In this document: positions 46,089 through 55,515 of the stretch, piece by piece | Layout of the letters: each line of letters starts with the position of its first letter | How positions within the stretch are numbered: the stretch's first letter is position 1 | Assembly (NCBI GenBank): GCA_001786575.1 | Contig: MFRW01000011.1 | Span: 22,201 to 86,200, forward strand | Length of the DNA stretch: 64,000 bases | Source of the DNA: Candidatus Moranbacteria bacterium RIFCSPHIGHO2_01_FULL_55_24 | GTDB taxonomy: Bacteria > Patescibacteriota > Minisyncoccia > Moranbacterales > UBA1568 | Reading direction: 5' to 3' | Notes under the pieces: model-generated | The model's database searches: none | What the model saw: only the letters and a program-made list of their open reading frames with translations | Told to the model about the DNA's origin: nothing | Program-made: the position numbers and the translations under genes

Positions 46089-46556
46089 TTAGGCGAAGTG
46101 AGCGAAAGCTTTGTTGGCCTCTGCCATACGGTGCGTTTCGTCGCGTTTCTTCATGGCCGAACCGGTCTTGTTGGAAGCGTCGAGAAGCTCGTCCGCGAGC
46201 CTTTCAGCCATAGACTTGCCCTTGCGGCCGCGGCATGCGTCGCGCACCCAGCGCATCGCGAGCACCTGGCGCCGTTCGCCGGAAACCGGGACCGGGACCT
46301 GGTAGTTGGCACCGCCGACGCGGCGGCTCTTCAGCTGGAGAAGCGGCGAAACGTTCTTGATAGCCTGCTCGAAGGTATTGAGACCGCCCTTCTTGGTGCG
46401 GTCATGGATGATATCGAAAGCATCGTACACGATCCGTTCAGCGACGCTCTTCTTGCCGTCCCACATGATCATGCCGATAAAATGGCCGACGAGCGGATTC
46501 CCGTACACGGCGTCCGCTTTCCATTCGCGATGATATTGTCTCTTTCTGCGTGGCAT
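46089..46556 (-). CDS. rpsG: 30S ribosomal protein S7
   Basis: Conserved S7 pattern and operon position. Confidence 0.95.
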   Translation of the reverse strand: MPRRKRQYHREWKADAVYGNPLVGHFIGMIMWDGKKSVAERIVYDAFDIIHDRTKKGGLNTFEQAIKNVSPLLQLKSRRVGGANYQVPVPVSGERRQVLAMRWVRDACRGRKGKSMAERLADELLDASNKTGSAMKKRDETHRMAEANKAFAHFA

Positions 46557-46576
46557 AGTTTAGAAATTCAAATAGG

Positions 46577-46993
46577 CTAGTCTTTCTTCTTCTCCTTCTT
46601 GGCTCCGTATTTGCTGCGGCTCTGCTTGCGCTGTACACCGGCGGAGTCGAAGACGCCGCGGACGACGTGGTAGCGCACGCCCGGGAGGTCCTTCACGCGG
46701 CCGCCACGGATCATGACGATCGAGTGCTCCTGGAGGTTGTGTCCCTCACCCGGGATATAGGCGGTCACTTCCATGCCGTTGGTCAGACGCACGCGGGCGA
46801 TCTTGCGGAGGGCGGAGTTCGGCTTTTTCGGAGTGGTCGTGGAGACTTTCAGGCAGACGCCGCGCTTGAATGGGCTCTGGTGCAGCGTATCGCGGTTCTT
46901 GAGCGTGTTGATCGAATACGCCATAGCCGGAGACTTGGACTTTTTCTTGATGGATGTGCGCGGGCGCTTGATGAGCTGATTGATCGTTGCCAC
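46577..46993 (-). CDS. rpsL: 30S ribosomal protein S12 (GTG start) with a ~13-aa internal insertion and a K-rich C-terminal tail
   Basis: [22 protein letters not shown]...[27 protein letters not shown]; extra [20 protein letters not shown] between KSKSP and KRGVC. Confidence 0.95.
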   Translation of the reverse strand: MATINQLIKRPRTSIKKKSKSPAMAYSINTLKNRDTLHQSPFKRGVCLKVSTTTPKKPNSALRKIARVRLTNGMEVTAYIPGEGHNLQEHSIVMIRGGRVKDLPGVRYHVVRGVFDSAGVQRKQSRSKYGAKKEKKKD

Positions 46994-47080
46994 AGGAGGG
47001 TCTCTATGAATAGTTAGATGGAGGAGAGAAAATCTTCAGTAAGGTAAATTAAAAAAGCCCTTGGCTTTTCCGTATCCCGT

Positions 47081-47109
47081 ATAGTAGGCAAATGACTCCC
47101 ATTTGTCAA
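47081..47109 (-). promoter_or_regulatory. near-consensus sigma70 promoter for the str operon (TTGACA-17-TACTAT)
   Basis: Reverse complement of 47104-47109 is TTGACA; rc of 47081-47086 is TACTAT; 17-bp spacer; ~80 nt upstream of rpsL. Confidence 0.55.
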
Positions 47110-47111
47110 GT

Positions 47112-47834
47112 CTAGCGCGCCAATCCGATGAAAAGCCCGAGAACGCTCCAAATAAAGATGCTGATAGGCTGGGAAAAGAAGAAAATAACGCCTAAAAGGA
47201 GGATAAGTCCGTATTGTTCCAGAAGCATCTGGGTGCGCTCGCGGATCGGCAGGAGCGCATAGAGGAGCTTCGAGCCATCGAGAGGCGGGATAGGCAGCAG
47301 GTTGAAGCAGGCCAAGACGACATTCCAGAAGATGATCAGGAGGAAGAGTCCGAAAAAGATAGCCGGGAGCGAGCCTGCGATAGCTTCGGAAAATAGGCCG
47401 AAGCGCTCGAGAAAGCCTCCTTGGCCGATAATGATCCCCAAGAAGCGGTTCACGATGTCGGCCTTCACCTGGGAGCCGATCGGCATCAGCTTGGCCAGGA
47501 AAGCGGCGATAAGTGCGATCAGGAGGTTCGAGCCCGGACCCGAGAGCGCGACTAGGACCGGCCCCCACTTCTGATTCCGGAGATTGTAAGGATTATACGG
47601 GACCGGCTTGGCCCAGCCGAACGCGAATCCGGTGCTCACGAAGAGAAGGATCGGCAGAATGACCGATCCGAACGGGTCGATATGCTTTACAGGATTCAGA
47701 TTGAGGCGTCCGGCATATTTGGCGGTCATGTCCCCGAGCCACAGGGCTACGACACCATGGGAGACTTCGTGGATGATGACCGAATAGAGGAGCGTCGTTA
47801 AGTAGAAAGCGACGAGAACGAGTTCATTTGCCAT
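47112..47834 (-). CDS. site-2 protease family (peptidase M50) membrane metalloprotease
   Basis: HEVSHGVVALWLGD (HExxH in a TM helix) in a multi-pass membrane protein. Confidence 0.85.
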   Translation of the reverse strand: MANELVLVAFYLTTLLYSVIIHEVSHGVVALWLGDMTAKYAGRLNLNPVKHIDPFGSVILPILLFVSTGFAFGWAKPVPYNPYNLRNQKWGPVLVALSGPGSNLLIALIAAFLAKLMPIGSQVKADIVNRFLGIIIGQGGFLERFGLFSEAIAGSLPAIFFGLFLLIIFWNVVLACFNLLPIPPLDGSKLLYALLPIRERTQMLLEQYGLILLLGVIFFFSQPISIFIWSVLGLFIGLAR

Positions 47835-47908
47835 AAGAAAGCACAGCGGCTTGCCAAAGTTATAGGGACATGGTAACCTTTTTCGAGTAATACTTCAACC
47901 CTCCAGAT

Positions 47909-48085
47909 ATGAGCCGTGTATGTGAACTGACCGGCCGCGGAACCCAGACTGGCAATTCCCGCAGCCACTCCAATATCGCAACCCGCCGCAAGTTCAAGGT
48001 GAACCTCCAGACCAAGCGTATCGGAGGCATGAAGCTGCGCCTTTCGACGCGTGCTATCCGCACCCTAGCCAAAACCGCGAAGTAA
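47909..48085 (+). CDS. rpmB: 50S ribosomal protein L28 (58 aa; missed by the ORF track because it is under 60 aa)
   Basis: Manual translation [58 protein letters not shown], matching the L28 consensus MSRVCxxTGKxxxxGNNxSHAxNxTKRRFxPNLQ. Confidence 0.85.
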   Translation: MSRVCELTGRGTQTGNSRSHSNIATRRKFKVNLQTKRIGGMKLRLSTRAIRTLAKTAK

Positions 48086-48109
48086 GCGGGAAATCTTCGG
48101 AACAAAAAA

Positions 48110-48138
48110 CCTCCCGGACTCTCGGGAGGTTTTTTCTT
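48110..48138 (+). terminator. rho-independent terminator after rpmB
   Basis: CCTCCCGgactcTCGGGAGG followed by TTTTTTCTTT. Confidence 0.65.
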
Positions 48139-48139
48139 T

Positions 48140-48210
48140 GTCGGAGCGCCGGGAATCGAACCCGGTCTACACCCACCCCATGGGCGCGTACTGCCGGTAT
48201 ACTACGCTCC
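48140..48210 (-). tRNA. tRNA-Pro, anticodon GGG (CCA not encoded)
   Basis: Manual fold: acceptor CGGAGCG/CGCUCCG; D-arm GUAU-ACCGGCA-GUAC; anticodon stem CGCCC/GGGUG with loop AU-GGG-GU (U33, G37); T-arm CCGGG-UUCGAUU-CCCGG; discriminator A. Confidence 0.85.
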
Positions 48211-48257
48211 GTCCGAGCGATTGCTCGCTCTGCTACTGAAACACCCTAGCATTTCCG

Positions 48258-48298
48258 AAACCAAAAGAAAAGGCTCCCAGAGGGGTACCTCGGGGAGC
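48258..48298 (-). terminator. rho-independent terminator downstream of ndk
   Basis: Minus-strand RNA GGCUCCCCGAGGUACCCCUCUGGGAGCC (11-bp stem with a 1-nt internal mismatch) followed by UUUUCUUUUGGUUU. Confidence 0.6.
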
Positions 48299-48316
48299 CG
48301 GAAAGCTTGCAGAAGA

Positions 48317-48925
48317 TTACTCGAGAATGCCGTCGAGGTTCACATCGTAGAGGATAGCATCCTGCACGAGGCGGTAAGAGACGGTCTCCTCCGGAGCGAA
48401 CCAGATCGGAATCTCGCGCTCGGCCTCTTCGGGACTATCGGAACAATGGACGAGATTGCGCACGGCGCGGTTATCGATACTCGAGAGCGCATAGGAATCC
48501 ACCGTCAGATCGCCCCGGATCGTACCGACATCGGAAGTCGTCGGCTCGGTACCGCCCACGATCTTCTTCACGATAGCTGCCGCCTGGTTGCCCTCGATGA
48601 CGAAAGCCAAAACCGGCCCCGAGGTGAAGAAGTCCACATTCGACTGGATGATGTCCTTCCCGTATTCCAGAGCTTCTTTCTCGATCGGAAGCTTCTGATT
48701 GGTGCGGTCTTCGATGATGCGGTTCCCTTTCTTCAAGAACCATTCCTCATCCTTATTGTAATGGGCCCAACACTGGTCCGCCTTCGGCACCAGAAGCTTC
48801 AGAGCGACGAATTTCAGACCGGTGCGTTCGAAACGGCTGACGATTTCGCCTATCAGGGATCGCTGTACGCCATCCGGCTTGATGATTACGAGAGTACGTT
48901 CTTTCTTAGGATGCTTCTCACTCAT
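48317..48925 (-). CDS. ndk: nucleoside diphosphate kinase, long form (202 aa) with an atypical NxxHCSD active-site context
   Basis: ERTLVIIKPDGVQRSLIGEIVSRFERTGLKFVALKL and NLVHCSDSPEEAEREI. Confidence 0.8.
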   Translation of the reverse strand: MSEKHPKKERTLVIIKPDGVQRSLIGEIVSRFERTGLKFVALKLLVPKADQCWAHYNKDEEWFLKKGNRIIEDRTNQKLPIEKEALEYGKDIIQSNVDFFTSGPVLAFVIEGNQAAAIVKKIVGGTEPTTSDVGTIRGDLTVDSYALSSIDNRAVRNLVHCSDSPEEAEREIPIWFAPEETVSYRLVQDAILYDVNLDGILE

Positions 48926-48994
48926 AATGCCTTCTCTTCTTACAAAACTTACAACTTAGAAAACTATGACATGAAAACCGGAACTTTGCAACGG

Positions 48995-49852
48995 TCAACG
49001 GGCAGGAGCATAGGTACACCGGCTGGTCAATTCCAGACAGCGGTAGCGGATGTCCCCCTCTTCGTCCGTGCGCCGGACAAGCACCGACCGTTCACGCAGA
49101 CGCGCCAGGACCCCGGGGTCGGGATGTCCATAGCTGTTTTCGCCTACGGAGAGGACCGCTTCCTCCGGGCCGATCCGCTCCAGGAAAGCCGCGCTCGATG
49201 AATACTTCGATCCATGGTGCGCTACTTTGAGCACCGTTACCGGCCTCTCTTCCGGAAGCGCCTTTTCCTCGCCTGGGAGATCGCCGGTCAAAAGAAAACT
49301 CGTTTCTCCGAACTGGAAGCGCGCAACGATACTGCCTTCATTCGATTCGGTACCGCTCTCTTCCGCAAGCGGACGGAGCGGATACTCGAGCGTCAGCGTT
49401 CCGCCTTCGGGGAAGACGATTTCTGTTCCGCGTGCGATAGCCTGCATCTCGCCGGTCTCTTCGGCTGCGAGCGTCTCGAAGAGACGCGAGGTTTCCGTCT
49501 CGCTTGTGTCTCCGTTCGTGAAGACAGAAAGGACTCGGTAGGCCCGCAAGAGCTCCGGGAATCCGCCGATATGGTCGCTGTCCGGATGAGTGGCGATAAG
49601 CGTTTCGATCTGCCTGTCCCAGAAAGGGATGTGTCTTCCCAAGCGGGCCAAGAGGACTTTTCCGCTTCTCCCGCCATCGATCACTACCTGGTACTCCCCT
49701 TGCTGGATAAGGATGGCATCGCCTTGGCCGACATCAAGAAAGACGATGTCTGTCCTTCCAGGCTCGGCATGTTTCCCAAAAGGGAGCCAGACGAGACTGC
49801 AGACGAGAACCGAAAGAAGCCCGCCGAGGAGCCACCAAAAATGCTTCTGCAT
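48995..49852 (-). CDS. ComEC C-terminal-type metallo-beta-lactamase domain protein with an N-terminal membrane anchor
   Basis: TM FWWLLGGLLSVLVCSLVW, then DIVFLDVGQGDAILIQ and LIATHPDSDHIGG; overlaps the upstream comEC ORF by about 119 nt in another frame. Confidence 0.75.
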   Translation of the reverse strand: MQKHFWWLLGGLLSVLVCSLVWLPFGKHAEPGRTDIVFLDVGQGDAILIQQGEYQVVIDGGRSGKVLLARLGRHIPFWDRQIETLIATHPDSDHIGGFPELLRAYRVLSVFTNGDTSETETSRLFETLAAEETGEMQAIARGTEIVFPEGGTLTLEYPLRPLAEESGTESNEGSIVARFQFGETSFLLTGDLPGEEKALPEERPVTVLKVAHHGSKYSSSAAFLERIGPEEAVLSVGENSYGHPDPGVLARLRERSVLVRRTDEEGDIRYRCLELTSRCTYAPAR

Positions 49853-51317
49853 ACCAGAGACGTTTACGCTCGCGCAAGCGCGCAAGACAGAAAGTTACAA
49901 GAAGAGCATACCATATGAGCAGGAAGGCGAAAGGAAACGGCGGCAGCTCGAAAGCGATCATCGCGCGGCTTCCGAAGAACTCGGCGAAATGGGTAATGAG
50001 AGAGAGCGGCACATACGCTACCCAAGAGAAGAGCGGGGTAGCTACAGGGAAAGCTCCTCCGAAAAAAGCTACGGCAAGGCTTCCTGCCATAGCGAATGGT
50101 ACCAACGGCAGGAGAACGATATTGGCGATGAGTGAAAACCAGGAGAGGAGACCGAAGTGATAGGCGATAAGCGGCAGGACGAAAAGCTCGACGAAGAGCG
50201 TCATGCGGAAGACTTCACGGATTGCGGCGCCAGAAAAACTCTCTCCCGTCCCTTCTCCCGGTCTTGCGCCGAAAAGGATCCCTGCGAGCGCCAGAAAAGA
50301 GAGCTGGAAACCGATGTCGTACCGGAGAAGAAGCGGGTTCGAGAGGAGCATCGCCGCTGCCGCAAGGCCGAGCAGAAAGAACGGCCGTGCCATCCTGCCC
50401 TGATGAATGGCCATAAAGACCCCGAAAGCCATGATACCTGCCCGGAGCGCCGAAGCCGGAGCCCCCACCAGCATGACAAACAGCCAGATCCCGACCGCCA
50501 CGAATATGAGCGCTTGGCGCCGCCAGAGACCGCTTGAGAGACCCAAGAAAAGACAGAGTTCGGCTACCAGCATGATGTTATAGCCTGACACCGCCACGAT
50601 ATGCGTCATCCCGATGCGCTCGAAAAAGCCTTCGTTCCTGGCGTCCATATAGCTGCTGCCACCTAAGAGAAGGCCCTTGGCAAGCCCTGCCTCCGGTTCC
50701 GGAAGCGCCTCCCGCAAAACCTGCTCGGTAGCCCCTCGGAAAAAGGAAAGGGCGCCGAAAAATCTCCCCGTAGGATCCGGCGGCAGAATCTCTTGCCGTT
50801 CCCCCTTGGGGCAGAGAAAGCCTATGCCGCGGCGTGCCAGAAAGAAGCGGTAATCGAATGTCTCGCTCCGATTCTCGGGAAGTTCAAGCACGCAAGCAAA
50901 CAGGAAGCGATCGCCGAAAGCGACCGATTCTGAAAGATTCGTCCGCCAGAGTATGCGTTCTTCGGGACAGGTCCGCCCCGGAGAACAGGAAACGGTTTCA
51001 AGTCCGACCTCCTGATAAGCATCTTTCCGCTCCGGAAATCCGATGACGCGTACTGTTCCGGCAAACGTGGGTTCGGGGAGGCGAAGCGACTGCCAATGCT
51101 CTACCTCTTCTGCCGCGCGAACGCCGCCGAAGAGAAAACTTATGAAAAAGAAGAGCGAGAGAAGAAGCAGCTCCCTCCGAAGAAAAACCAGCGCAGCCAC
51201 CAGTGCGACTGCGGAAAAAAGAAAAGCGTGCTGGAGCACGCTTCCGAAAAATGATCCGAATGCTGTCCCCAAGAGAAACCCTGCCGTTACGCTTCCGATA
51301 ATCAGAGCGGCGCGCAT
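49734..51317 (-). CDS. comEC: DNA internalisation competence protein ComEC/Rec2, membrane (DUF4131 + Competence) part
   Basis: Multi-pass membrane protein with HIVAVSGYNIMLV and the other Competence-domain motifs. Confidence 0.8.
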   Translation of the reverse strand: MRAALIIGSVTAGFLLGTAFGSFFGSVLQHAFLFSAVALVAALVFLRRELLLLSLFFFISFLFGGVRAAEEVEHWQSLRLPEPTFAGTVRVIGFPERKDAYQEVGLETVSCSPGRTCPEERILWRTNLSESVAFGDRFLFACVLELPENRSETFDYRFFLARRGIGFLCPKGERQEILPPDPTGRFFGALSFFRGATEQVLREALPEPEAGLAKGLLLGGSSYMDARNEGFFERIGMTHIVAVSGYNIMLVAELCLFLGLSSGLWRRQALIFVAVGIWLFVMLVGAPASALRAGIMAFGVFMAIHQGRMARPFFLLGLAAAAMLLSNPLLLRYDIGFQLSFLALAGILFGARPGEGTGESFSGAAIREVFRMTLFVELFVLPLIAYHFGLLSWFSLIANIVLLPLVPFAMAGSLAVAFFGGAFPVATPLFSWVAYVPLSLITHFAEFFGSRAMIAFELPPFPFAFLLIWYALLVTFCLARLRERKRLWYAEAFLVAPRRASFGSRLQSRLAPFWETCRAWKDRHRLS

Positions 51318-51320
51318 ACC

Positions 51321-51767
51321 TTACCCGATAGTCTCGAGAATCTTGCGGAAACTCTTCACGCTTCCGAAGGATTTGTAAACGCTCGCGAAGCGGATATAGG
51401 CGACCTCATCCACTTCCTTCAGCTTCTGGAGAATCAGATTGCCGATCTCGCGGCTCGAGATCTCGTTCGTCTGGCGTTCCTGGAGAAGGCATTCGATTTC
51501 GCCGAGGATCTTCTCGATCTTCTCCTCCGCTCCCGGGCGCTTCTCGAAGGCGCGCCGCAGGCCCCGCTCGACCTTGGCCTGGTCGTACTCCTCTTTCGTA
51601 CCGTCTTTCTTCACGATAAGCAGGCGCGCAGTTTCCCGCACTTCATACGTGCTGAACCGGCGGTGGCACTTCGCACACTCGCGGCGGCGGCGGATCGCTC
51701 TCCCTTCCTGGGTTTCGCGCGAATCCACTACTTTCGTATCCTTGGCATTGCAATAGGGGCAAAGCAT
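51321..51767 (-). CDS. nrdR: transcriptional repressor NrdR
   Basis: MLCPYCNAKDTKVVDSRETQEGRAIRRRRECAKCHRRFSTYE (zinc ribbon + ATP-cone). Confidence 0.95.
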   Translation of the reverse strand: MLCPYCNAKDTKVVDSRETQEGRAIRRRRECAKCHRRFSTYEVRETARLLIVKKDGTKEEYDQAKVERGLRRAFEKRPGAEEKIEKILGEIECLLQERQTNEISSREIGNLILQKLKEVDEVAYIRFASVYKSFGSVKSFRKILETIG

Positions 51768-51846
51768 AACTTTTCTCCTTTACTGTAGAGAAGTTCCGGG
51801 AAAAAGAAAAGCTCTCCGGACCCGGAGAGCTTTCTGAAGAGAGCTC

Positions 51847-53091
51847 TTACTTCTTCATCTTTCTCCGGATGAACGCCGGGATTTCCAGGTCGTCATCGTC
51901 TGAAAGCTCTTTTGATTCGACTCGCGAGTTCGTCTGGCGCGGCTGGACCTTTTCTTCGATAATCATGACCGGCTGCTCGATTTTCCGCGATGGGAAGAAG
52001 ATCTCCTCTTCGATCTCTTCGGACGAGGTATGTATTTCGAGGGAAGCGATGGTCGGGCTCTTGGGAGCGCCCTCGTGTTCACGCTTGCGCGAGCTCCCTG
52101 CGCGGGTCGTGAGGCCGACCGATTCATTGACCCGGGCGACATCGAAACCAGTCGCTACCACCGTGATCTGGATCTCACCCTTGCGGATCTGTTCATCAGT
52201 GACCGCTCCGAAGATGACCTTGGCATTCGGATCGATATTTTCCGTAATGATGTTCGCGGCTTCGTTTATCTCAAGCATGGTCAGATCCGTAGAGCCGGAG
52301 ATGTTGAAGAGCACACCCTTCGCGCCGTCGATCGAAAGCTCGAGAAGCGGGCTGTTGATAGCGGCTTGAGCGGCCTCGGTAGCCCGGTTCTCACCGGAGG
52401 CGATACCGATACCCATGAGCGCGCTGCCGCTGTCCTCCATGATGGCACGTACGTCGGCAAAGTCGACATTGACGATACCAGGCTTGGTGATGAGGTCAGA
52501 AATGCCCTGCACGCCTTGGCGGAGCACATCGTCCACGATGCGGAACGCGTTTACCAGAGTGGTTTTGCGGTCGATGATCGAGAGCAGTTTGTCGTTCGGG
52601 ATAGTGATGAGCGTATCGACGCGGTCCTTCAAATTTTCGAGCGCTTCTTCGGCGATCGAGCGACGCTGCGAGCCTTCGAAAGCGAATGGCTTGGTGACGA
52701 CGCCGACGGTCAGCGCGCCGAGCTCCTTGGCAGTCTCCGCTACGATCGGAGCGGCACCGCTTCCGGTTCCTCCGCCCAGTCCGCAAGCTACGAAAACCAT
52801 GTCTGCCCCCTTGAGGACTTCCTGGATCTCATCGCGATTCTCTTCTGCTGCTTGGCGGCCGATTTCCGGATTCATGCCGGCACCGAGGCCCTTCGTCAGA
52901 TTTTTCCCAATATGCACTTTTTCCTGTGCCTTGGAATTATGAAGCGCCTGCGCATCGGTATTGATAGCGACAAATTCGACTCCCTTGATCTTGGCATCAA
53001 TCATGCGGGAAATGCCGTTCCCTCCAGAACCTCCTACACCTACCACTTTGATCTTCGCAAAGGTTTCGATATCAGGTTTGATCTCTGCCAT
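51847..53091 (-). CDS. ftsZ: cell division GTPase FtsZ with a long C-terminal linker
   Basis: [18 protein letters not shown] and [12 protein letters not shown] (tubulin signature). Confidence 0.97.
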   Translation of the reverse strand: MAEIKPDIETFAKIKVVGVGGSGGNGISRMIDAKIKGVEFVAINTDAQALHNSKAQEKVHIGKNLTKGLGAGMNPEIGRQAAEENRDEIQEVLKGADMVFVACGLGGGTGSGAAPIVAETAKELGALTVGVVTKPFAFEGSQRRSIAEEALENLKDRVDTLITIPNDKLLSIIDRKTTLVNAFRIVDDVLRQGVQGISDLITKPGIVNVDFADVRAIMEDSGSALMGIGIASGENRATEAAQAAINSPLLELSIDGAKGVLFNISGSTDLTMLEINEAANIITENIDPNAKVIFGAVTDEQIRKGEIQITVVATGFDVARVNESVGLTTRAGSSRKREHEGAPKSPTIASLEIHTSSEEIEEEIFFPSRKIEQPVMIIEEKVQPRQTNSRVESKELSDDDDLEIPAFIRRKMKK

Positions 53092-53275
53092 ATGTATCCC
53101 CTTTAACCCAGGTTGATTACTGCCTCCTAACTATACTGTTCTTTCAAAAACCCGTACAAGTCGTCCCAGGCACTTGAAACTCAAATCTATCATATACGAA
53201 GAACGAGTGTCAAGAATCCATCCTGGCACCCTCCCTCCCCTTTTTCTTCTCTTTTTAAGCCAAATTCCGCCTCTG

Positions 53276-54535
53276 TTACGGCAGGAAGCGCTCTGACCAA
53301 TGCCGGATCTTCCCGACCATCCCTTGCATGCTCTCCGGCATCGCGCCGAACATCCTGGAAGGCGAGAAGCCGCGCTCGCGAGGCCCTGATTCCTGGGCAT
53401 AGAGGACCAGACCTACTGCTGTCGCGAACTGCGGACTGTCCACTTCATCCAAGATACCGCCCAGCGGCTTCGGATAACCGATATGGACGGGTAGGCGCAG
53501 GATTTCCTTGGCGAAATCCACGACACCAGGCAAGAGAGAGCCCCCGCCCGTCAATACCGCTCCGCCCGGGAGCAGGCCTTCGCGGCCGATATTCTTCAAT
53601 TCCGCATTGACGAGGCCGAGAATCTCTTCGAGCCGCGCCTCGATGATCTCCGCTACATGGTAGCGCGAAACCAGTCCGTCTTCTTCGGAGTCGAAGAGGT
53701 TCAGATCGATCTCTTCGCGTTTCGAGATGCCGTCTGCCTGGGCGCTCCCGTATTGGAGCTTCACCGCTTCGGCGACTTCGATCGAAGTACGGAGTCCGAT
53801 CGCGACATCGTTCGTTATATGACTGCTCCCCACAGGGAGAACCGCCAGGTGGAGCAGATCGCCGTCTTCGAAAACCGCAAGCGAGGTGGTGCTCCCTCCG
53901 ATATTGATGAGCACCGTACCGAGTTCCTTCTGTTTCGCGGAAAGGACCGCTTCTGCGGAAGCCAGCGGCTCCGCCACCATGCGTGTCGCGCTGGTCCCGG
54001 CGGCGTCGAGGCTCCGGTGGATATTCTTCAAATGGGAGGCGCTCCCGCTCACGACCAAGGCATTCATCTCGAGCCGCACGCCGCGCATCCCCAGAGGGTC
54101 TTTGATATTCTTCTGGTCATCCAGACGATAGTCGCGCGGAATGACATGGATGATCTCCCGGTTTAATGGCATCGTCAGACGTGCCTGGACTTCAGCCAGG
54201 GCGCGCGCAGTATCATCTTCCGTCACCTCGCCGTCTGCCCGGCCTACAGCGACGACACCGAGAGCATTCAAACATTCGAGTTCAGCTCCTGAAACGCTGA
54301 CGACCACTTCTTCCGCCGCATGTCCCGCCATGCGCTCGGCCTGTTCCAAAGCGGCATTCGCAGCCTTGGCAACCGCTTCGGCGTCTGTCACCGCTCCGCG
54401 GCGCATACCGAAAGCAGGCGCTGTTCCTACGCCGATTATCCGAAGCGCCTCTTCTTGCGACAATTCCTGGGCTATAACCGCCCGAATAGCAGAAGAACCG
54501 ATATCGAGACCTACATAGTAGTGCCCTTTTGACAT
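53276..54535 (-). CDS. ftsA: cell division protein FtsA
   Basis: YYVGLDIGSSAIRAVIAQE actin-like fold; position directly upstream of ftsZ. Confidence 0.95.
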   Translation of the reverse strand: MSKGHYYVGLDIGSSAIRAVIAQELSQEEALRIIGVGTAPAFGMRRGAVTDAEAVAKAANAALEQAERMAGHAAEEVVVSVSGAELECLNALGVVAVGRADGEVTEDDTARALAEVQARLTMPLNREIIHVIPRDYRLDDQKNIKDPLGMRGVRLEMNALVVSGSASHLKNIHRSLDAAGTSATRMVAEPLASAEAVLSAKQKELGTVLINIGGSTTSLAVFEDGDLLHLAVLPVGSSHITNDVAIGLRTSIEVAEAVKLQYGSAQADGISKREEIDLNLFDSEEDGLVSRYHVAEIIEARLEEILGLVNAELKNIGREGLLPGGAVLTGGGSLLPGVVDFAKEILRLPVHIGYPKPLGGILDEVDSPQFATAVGLVLYAQESGPRERGFSPSRMFGAMPESMQGMVGKIRHWSERFLP

Positions 54536-54672
54536 ACTACAAAATAATCTTTTCAGCTAAAAAGCGAGGCTCTCCCGGAAGAGCTTTCCATATCGGTGAT
54601 TATACCTCGATTTATCTTCATCTGCAAAAAAGAGGAGTCGGGAAGAATCCTCATGGTTCGCGTTCATTCCCC

Positions 54673-55032
54673 TCATATCACGGAAGGGTAGAAGTAAGGA
54701 AGAAAAATGACCACGCCTACGACAAGCGCCGTCACGGAAACGATGAGCACCGCTCCTGCCATGGTGTCTTTCACGACACGGGCATACGGGTGGACACGCG
54801 GCTTCAAGATATCCGTCATGCGCTCGATGGCGGTATTGGCGAGCTCCATGCTCAACACCAATCCGATTGTCAGCATGAGAATAGCTGCCTCTCCGGAAGT
54901 GACCGGAAGCCAAAGACAGAGCAGGCAGACCACTATGGCTCCTATCGATTCTATCTGGAAGTTCGGCTCGTGCCGGAATGTGAACCACAGGCCGCGGAAG
55001 GCGTATATGAAGCTTTTCAAGACTCGTTTCAT
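54673..55032 (-). CDS. dgkA: diacylglycerol/undecaprenol kinase
   Basis: LKSFIYAFRGLWFTFRHEPNFQIE; three TM helices; 119 aa. Confidence 0.9.
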   Translation of the reverse strand: MKRVLKSFIYAFRGLWFTFRHEPNFQIESIGAIVVCLLCLWLPVTSGEAAILMLTIGLVLSMELANTAIERMTDILKPRVHPYARVVKDTMAGAVLIVSVTALVVGVVIFLPYFYPSVI

Positions 55033-55508
55033 ACGGTTTTCTTTTTTTCCAGGCTATCACGAACCACTTCTTCCGTCACGCTGTCCTGAAGCGCGAACAT
55101 CTCGTCAGTATGATCGTAGCCTAAGAGATGCAGGATCCCGTGCGAGAAGATGTAGGCCATCTCGTGCTCCTGGCTGATGCCATCCTCTTGTGCGGCCATG
55201 AGGATGAAGCTCGGGCAATAGAACAGCTCGCCGAGAACTATCTGGCTCTCGGCTGACTCTTTAAGCGCTTCGGCGTCGGCGTATTCCGCAAAAGAGAGGA
55301 TGTCCGTCACAGCATCCTTTCCCCGATACTCTCCGTTCAGCTCGCGAATCTTCTCTTCGCTGACAGCTATCGCCGAAAGCTCGCAGGTACGCGCTTCCTC
55401 CGGAAAGAGCCCCTGCACTCTGGAGAGGGTGCGCTCCGCCACATCCTGGAGAAATGCTGCCGAGAAGGGAGTTGCTGTCTCTTCGATATGTTCTACGATG
55501 ACCTGCAT
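55029..55508 (-). CDS. ybeY: rRNA maturation RNase YbeY
   Basis: HGILHLLGYDH zinc-binding motif. Confidence 0.95.
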   Translation of the reverse strand: MQVIVEHIEETATPFSAAFLQDVAERTLSRVQGLFPEEARTCELSAIAVSEEKIRELNGEYRGKDAVTDILSFAEYADAEALKESAESQIVLGELFYCPSFILMAAQEDGISQEHEMAYIFSHGILHLLGYDHTDEMFALQDSVTEEVVRDSLEKKKTV

Positions 55509-55515
55509 AGGTTCT

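Noticed and set aside
47860-48105. 81-aa minus-strand ORF
   Set aside because: Antisense to the clearly identifiable rpmB (L28) gene.
48221-49201. 326-aa plus-strand ORF
   Set aside because: Antisense to ndk and the ComEC MBL gene.
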